From a virus, in the IMG/VR virus record IMGVR_UViG_3300034105_002260: 64,000 nt of DNA; one strand, given 5' to 3'. Positions 58,522 through 64,000 of this stretch are shown piece by piece; the first letter of the stretch is position 1, and each line of letters starts with the position of its first letter. Under the pieces are notes generated by a model, which was given only the letters and a program-made list of their open reading frames with translations, had not been told where the DNA came from and did no database searches. The translations under genes and the position numbers were made by a program.

Positions 58522-60408
58522 ATGAATGCATCAGATATAGAATTAGCTAAAGCAGCTAGAAAAGGTTCCGACGAGTTTGAAAAAGTGTACGTTAGAAAAT
58601 TTGGCAAAACGGACGGAGCTACTTTAGGAAATAAATTTCAATTCTATCTTAGTATAGACCCTAACGCTAAAACTAATGATGGTGGAGGTGGTGGAGGAAA
58701 TTCAAATAGCGATGCGGGTAAATTAGTTAATGGTATAGGTGGAATACAAGACTTCAGTAGTAAATTAACTATGGGTCCTAGTACTGATATTACTGATTTA
58801 AAAACTTTCTTAGGTGCGGGAGTAGAAACACTAGAAAAGTTCTTTGGTAAAAATGGTGGAATTATTGACGGAACCGCCGCTTTGATTAAAAATTTAGCGG
58901 GAGCAGCAATGGTGGGTGCTGAAGATATTCTAAAAAAAGAAGTAGAACTTAGAGCTCAAATCAATTCCCAATTAGGGGTTGCGGGAGATTTATCAAAAAA
59001 TTATAGACAAGAAATTGTTGCGTCATTACCTGGAGTTGTTTCAATGGGTTATGGTTTTCAACAAGTAAGTGATTTAATGGTTGGTCTTGCTGAAGAAACA
59101 GGAAGATTTACAACATTAAACGCAACCGTAGTGGCGGATACCGCCAAAACATCAAGAGCTTTCGTTGGGGACTTAACGGAAATGTCAAAAGTTTTCTCAA
59201 CATTTGAACAAGTTGGTATTGGAGCAGAAAAATCATTAGAAGCAATTAATCAAGCGGGTAAGAGTTCGATAGAGTTAGGATTAAACGGTAAAAAAACTGT
59301 TAATGAAATTCGAGCAAATATTGGTAAGTTAAATGAATATGGTTTTCAAAACGGTATACAAGGTTTAACTAGAATGGTACAAAAGGCAACCGAATTCAGA
59401 ATGAGTATGAATGAAGTGTTTACCATTGCAGATAAGGTTATGGACCCAGAAGGTGCAATATCATTATCCGCTAATTTACAAGTGTTAGGTGGTGCAATTG
59501 GTGATTTTGGTGACCCACTTAAGATGATGTATGACGCAACTAATAATGTTGAAGGGTTACAAGATGCTTTAATTGGTGCTGCGGGGTCTTTATCCACATA
59601 TAATAGTGAACAAGGTAGATTTGAAATTACTGGTGTAAATTTAAGAAGGGCTAAAGCAATGGCTGCCGAATTGGGAATCAGTTATCAAGAATTATCGAAA
59701 GGGGCAATTGCCGCCGCTGAGAGATCATCAGCGGCTTCGGCATTAATGAGTAGAGGTTTAAAATTAGATGACAAACAAACAGAATTTATTACTAACCTTG
59801 CTAGAATGAAAGATGGTACAATGACAATTGATGTTTCATCTATTTCAAAAGAATTTGGTGGAGCTCAATCTATTGCGTTAGATAAGTTAACACAAGAACA
59901 AGCAAATATATTAAAAGAAAACGCGAAGAAATTAGAGGGAATGAGTATTGAGGAAGTTGCAAGAGATCAATTTACCGAAACCCAAAACTTAGTTTTAAAG
60001 ACAAATGAAATTTTAACAATATTAAAAGTTCAATTCGCTAAAGCTATGGTTGGACCAGGAGAAACTGCGGATAGTTACATAAAAGAAGCTAATAAGTATC
60101 TTAGTGGGGCGCTTAAAGGTGAAAAAGGAAACAAAGCGGGTGAAATGGTGGAGACAGTTAGAAACCAAGGTTTATCGGGAATATTAAAGGGTAGTGCCTC
60201 TAACAAAAAACAAGAAGCGTTAAAGGTTGATAATAAACCAAAAACGGCAACAAAAGAAGATAAAACGACTAGTACTGATAAACCTATGACCGCGGCCGAA
60301 TATCTTCAAATCCAAAATAGTACAAAATATGACAAGAATAAACAAATTATAATCAACAATAATTTGGAACCTATGAACCCGAACGATTATCTATCCCTAC
60401 AGATTTAA
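58522..60408 (+). CDS. Tape measure protein
   Basis: Ala/Gly-rich helical protein directly after the chaperone; late motif at 58511. Confidence 0.7.
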   Translation: MNASDIELAKAARKGSDEFEKVYVRKFGKTDGATLGNKFQFYLSIDPNAKTNDGGGGGGNSNSDAGKLVNGIGGIQDFSSKLTMGPSTDITDLKTFLGAGVETLEKFFGKNGGIIDGTAALIKNLAGAAMVGAEDILKKEVELRAQINSQLGVAGDLSKNYRQEIVASLPGVVSMGYGFQQVSDLMVGLAEETGRFTTLNATVVADTAKTSRAFVGDLTEMSKVFSTFEQVGIGAEKSLEAINQAGKSSIELGLNGKKTVNEIRANIGKLNEYGFQNGIQGLTRMVQKATEFRMSMNEVFTIADKVMDPEGAISLSANLQVLGGAIGDFGDPLKMMYDATNNVEGLQDALIGAAGSLSTYNSEQGRFEITGVNLRRAKAMAAELGISYQELSKGAIAAAERSSAASALMSRGLKLDDKQTEFITNLARMKDGTMTIDVSSISKEFGGAQSIALDKLTQEQANILKENAKKLEGMSIEEVARDQFTETQNLVLKTNEILTILKVQFAKAMVGPGETADSYIKEANKYLSGALKGEKGNKAGEMVETVRNQGLSGILKGSASNKKQEALKVDNKPKTATKEDKTTSTDKPMTAAEYLQIQNSTKYDKNKQIIINNNLEPMNPNDYLSLQI

Positions 60409-60447
60409 TATTTCGTATAAACCTCTATTTATTAGAAAAGCGATATA

Positions 60448-63400
60448 ATGCCAAGCTACTTAGATTTTGATTCTACAAAAAGATTTAGAGATTACATCTT
60501 AAGTAAAACGTTGAATAGACCTAACGGTCCTCAAACGTTTACTCAAAGCTCGTATACAATTCAAACTCTAAGTGAAATGGCTAACCCAGATTTACCTGAA
60601 GTTGACCAAAACAGAGCAACAGACCTATTACAGACCCAAAATACGAACATATTCAAACCGTTGGAGTACTTTGTCACAGAGACATTAGATACACTCCCAA
60701 GACGAGCAAATTTACAACTATACCCATATTTCAATTCGGGTAACTATAACTTTATCAGTATTATGTCAACAGACAATTATGATACTGAATCAGAGTTAAT
60801 GAAGTTTGCCGCTTTGAATATGAGATTGAACCAAAGTGGTCCAGTTTTTTCAAGAATTAATAGAAATATTGAGGCGGCAACAAATGGTAGATTAAGAATT
60901 TTAGATGCGTTAAATGGTAATACAGCAACCGCAATTAATTTAATTACAGGTAGAGAACCATTAATTGAATCGAACAATAAAATTACTGTTGCTAAAACCC
61001 TTCCAGGTAAAGCGATTGACTTTTTACAAACAGTTGCAGGGGTAGAATTCCCTTGGTCTGAAATACCTGGAGATTATTTAAGTAACCCAAGAAACCCAAT
61101 TAACGTTAGACCACAAGCTAAAACCGAATTAGGTAAAGTTTGGCAAGATGTCACAGGAGCATTAGGTTCATTAATAGGAATACAAAGAAGACCAAAATTA
61201 GATAGGAAACCATCAGATTTGATGATTGAATATTTGGGAGAAGGTCAAAAGAATGTATTATATGATAATTTATCATATTCAAAATACGCACCAAATTATA
61301 CCACAACAGCAAGATCACAAAACTCATCGAAAGTGTTTAGTTTTGTTGATAAAATTGCTCAAGGAATTAAAAATATATTAGGTGTTGAAGCACCTAAAGG
61401 AGTTGCCTACATTGGTGATGACAGAGGAGACGATGTCAAATATGCGATGGGGGATTTTAACGATAGACAAGTTAGAAGTAGTTACTATTTGAGTTTAATG
61501 TTTGATCCCGTTCAAGCGGAGTTATTTCAAAGAGATAAGAACATATCTCAAGGAGGTAAAATTACAGGTAACTTAACTTGGATTAGTAAAAATTCTAAAA
61601 ACAAAATTGGTACACATAATAAAGAATGGGGTACAGAACAATCAACATACTCAGATACTTTATCTACAAAATTTGATTTTAGAGAAGATTCAATATTAGG
61701 ATATACCCAAGAAATATTAGATACCTTACCAAATAATGGAGGGTCAGCAAGATCTCACGTTGCAAATGTTATTGACCAAACAAGTCGTTTCTTTAAAGAA
61801 GGTGACGTTATGATGTCAAGAGGATCTGCAGTGAAATATATTAAGAACAATTCTGGTGAAGAAAGTGGAATTGAATTTTGTAGAGTATGGACAAAAGATA
61901 GGTCATATATGAATTACTCGGATACTATGAAAAGAACGGGTAATATTAGAAAATATGATGATAGTGTAATGTCCACACCCTGGAATTTAAACATCGCACC
62001 AATGTCAAATGGTAAAAAATCATTTGACCAATCTACAAACATATTCAAAAGTGAAAAGGGTAAAGACCTTTACGGAGGTGAAGGGTTTTATGCTAAAAAA
62101 TATATGTTTTCAATTGAAAACTTAGCTTGGAAATCTTCAACACTACCAGGGTTTACAGTTTTAGATTTACCATATTGTGAAAGAGGACCAAACGGAGGTC
62201 GAGTTATGTGGTTCCCACCATATGATTTAAAGGTATCAGAACAAAATAGTGCTAAATGGGAAGAAAATAGTTTTTTAGGAAGACCAGAACCAATTTACAC
62301 ATATCAAAATACATCAAGAAGTGGTCAAATATCATTTAAAGTTGTTGTAGACCACCCAAGTATCTTAAACTTATTAGTTAGAGAACATTTTGAAGGAATG
62401 TCAGATGAAGATTCTGATAACTACATTAATGCATTTTTCGCTGGTTGTGAAGAAATTGATTTTTATGATTTAATTAAAAGATACACAACAATTACCTCGG
62501 ACGACGCTAAAAAAATAAAAGAATATCTTGAAGGTGGATCTGATCCAATATCAATTAAAAAATTTAGAGTTGAATCCGATCCTATACCAACTGAAACACC
62601 TAAGACTGAACCAACTAAAATTGAAGGGGTTAAATTAAAAACTTCATTATTGTTTGCAAATGACAGGCCAAGTGGTGATGGAGATTATACTTCAGCTGCG
62701 GATTATACAACATTATACAATCAATCAATTGGTCAATCAGGTGGTACATATAAAGATAAAGCTAAGGCAGAATTAGAGGAAACTTTAAATACATTATTAC
62801 CTTTAGCGTTTAATGGAACAACAGGACCTGCGGATAATGCGAGAAAAGATATAAAAACATTAATAGGAACACCAGATGGTAAAATAGACCCATCACTTCA
62901 CGCGGCAAAGATTACCGAACAAAAAGATTTATTACAAAAACAAATAGATAAAGGTGTTACAAATTATAACGAATATAAAACAAAAATTGCAACACTAAAA
63001 GAAGATATAACAAAAGGTAAAGTACAAGAAATTACAATTACTGCGTTATCGTCTTGTTCTGCGGTTGCTGATGATACCTACAATTATAAATTATCAATAA
63101 GAAGAAGTCACAGTATTTTTAAAGATATTGTTAGAGAGTTAGGTGGTGACGTTAGTAAAGCTAATTGGGTGAATATACCAAAAGGTTCACCAACCACGGC
63201 AACTAAATTAGAAAGGGTTGTATCATTTAAAGATTTAGGATTCGCAGATAAAGAAGGTAATTTAATATTCAAAGCAACTAACGCAGGAGAAAAAGTTGCA
63301 AACGAAGAAAATAAAAGTTGTAGTGATAATGAATTTAAATCAAAATCATTAAAAGTTAATAGTGCAATTGCTTTCGGTTGTAGACAATCTAAAGTAGAAT

Positions 63401-64000
63401 TCAATTATACTAAAGCTGTTGTACCTCAAGAACCTCAAAAACCAAACCCCGATGTTATTCCACCAAGAACTAGATTAGTTCCTGACGGAGAAGAGAAACT
63501 ACCTTCAGGTAGAAAAAAACCACAAATAGACCCAATGAAGAGAATAATAATGAAGACATTGTCTGAATGTTATTATTTTAAAATATTGGAAGAAAAAGAC
63601 CCAGTTGTTTTTGGTTCATTAAAAGAAAAATTAAAATATTTTCACCCAGGGTTTCACTCGATGACACCTGAAGGATTAAACGCACGTTTAACATTTTTAC
63701 AACAATGTCTTAGACCTGGAGATACTATACCAATTAAAGGTTTATCTGAGGCTTTGGATTTAAACGCAAGAAATACAACATTCGGACCACCACCAATTTG
63801 TGTACTAAGAGTTGGTGATTTTTACCACTCTAAAATTATTATTAGAGATATCAGTATAACATTTGAAGATAGTACCTGGGATTTAAATCCAGAAGGTATT
63901 GGTGTACAACCAATGTTAGCCAACGTATCGTTACAAGTTAACTTTATTGGAGGTCAAGGATTGGCTAAACCTGTTGAAAGATTACAAAACGCATTATCGT
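60448..64000 (+). CDS. Large baseplate/tube-initiator-like protein with OmpA-like domain, 3'-truncated
   Basis: Appears open from ATG 60448 to the window end (>1180 aa; spot-checked, and absent from the ORF track for lack of a stop). MWFPPYDL..SE....W....FLGRPEPIYTY, NYKLSIRR, PP.C.LR.GDFY. Confidence 0.7.
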   Translation, partial: MPSYLDFDSTKRFRDYILSKTLNRPNGPQTFTQSSYTIQTLSEMANPDLPEVDQNRATDLLQTQNTNIFKPLEYFVTETLDTLPRRANLQLYPYFNSGNYNFISIMSTDNYDTESELMKFAALNMRLNQSGPVFSRINRNIEAATNGRLRILDALNGNTATAINLITGREPLIESNNKITVAKTLPGKAIDFLQTVAGVEFPWSEIPGDYLSNPRNPINVRPQAKTELGKVWQDVTGALGSLIGIQRRPKLDRKPSDLMIEYLGEGQKNVLYDNLSYSKYAPNYTTTARSQNSSKVFSFVDKIAQGIKNILGVEAPKGVAYIGDDRGDDVKYAMGDFNDRQVRSSYYLSLMFDPVQAELFQRDKNISQGGKITGNLTWISKNSKNKIGTHNKEWGTEQSTYSDTLSTKFDFREDSILGYTQEILDTLPNNGGSARSHVANVIDQTSRFFKEGDVMMSRGSAVKYIKNNSGEESGIEFCRVWTKDRSYMNYSDTMKRTGNIRKYDDSVMSTPWNLNIAPMSNGKKSFDQSTNIFKSEKGKDLYGGEGFYAKKYMFSIENLAWKSSTLPGFTVLDLPYCERGPNGGRVMWFPPYDLKVSEQNSAKWEENSFLGRPEPIYTYQNTSRSGQISFKVVVDHPSILNLLVREHFEGMSDEDSDNYINAFFAGCEEIDFYDLIKRYTTITSDDAKKIKEYLEGGSDPISIKKFRVESDPIPTETPKTEPTKIEGVKLKTSLLFANDRPSGDGDYTSAADYTTLYNQSIGQSGGTYKDKAKAELEETLNTLLPLAFNGTTGPADNARKDIKTLIGTPDGKIDPSLHAAKITEQKDLLQKQIDKGVTNYNEYKTKIATLKEDITKGKVQEITITALSSCSAVADDTYNYKLSIRRSHSIFKDIVRELGGDVSKANWVNIPKGSPTTATKLERVVSFKDLGFADKEGNLIFKATNAGEKVANEENKSCSDNEFKSKSLKVNSAIAFGCRQSKVEFNYTKAVVPQEPQKPNPDVIPPRTRLVPDGEEKLPSGRKKPQIDPMKRIIMKTLSECYYFKILEEKDPVVFGSLKEKLKYFHPGFHSMTPEGLNARLTFLQQCLRPGDTIPIKGLSEALDLNARNTTFGPPPICVLRVGDFYHSKIIIRDISITFEDSTWDLNPEGIGVQPMLANVSLQVNFIGGQGLAKPVERLQNALS

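Noticed and set aside
1-64000. Alternative genetic code (stop-codon reassignment)
   Set aside because: Core genes are full length under the standard code and coding density is high.

Overview
AT-rich 64-kb segment of a large T4-like myovirus (jumbo-type phage). The host is very likely a Bacteroidota bacterium, based on Bacteroidota-type TTTG-N19-20-TAnnTTTG promoters, absence of obvious Shine-Dalgarno sites, a Flavobacteria-like bS21, Bacteroidota-style lipoproteins and T9SS-CTD-like domains. The core virion and replication genes are TerL, portal, prohead protease, scaffold, major capsid, neck and tail-terminator proteins, sheath, tube, tail chaperone, tape measure, a large truncated baseplate protein, family B DNA polymerase, SNF2 helicase and a gp55-like late sigma factor. 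Auxiliary genes include bS21, PhoH, dUTPase, dCMP deaminase, ClpC-like ATPase, Hsp20, three glycosyltransferases, a KTSC/nucleotidyltransferase pair and a split RNA-repair module. Most notable: (1) a cell-envelope cluster at 1-5.9 kb with two beta-barrel paralogs, two lipoproteins made almost only of a T9SS-CTD-like domain, a CsgG-like channel and a Cys-rich FeoA; (2) a probable +1 programmed frameshift (UUU-CGC) in the tail chaperone; (3) a late-promoter motif TATTTATA, the reverse complement of the T4 late promoter, often only 3-6 nt before ATG; (4) a candidate late-promoter-driven structured ncRNA; (5) a shared R[IM]KxLM motif that may target proteins to the capsid. All calls come from motif recognition by eye; no searches were run.
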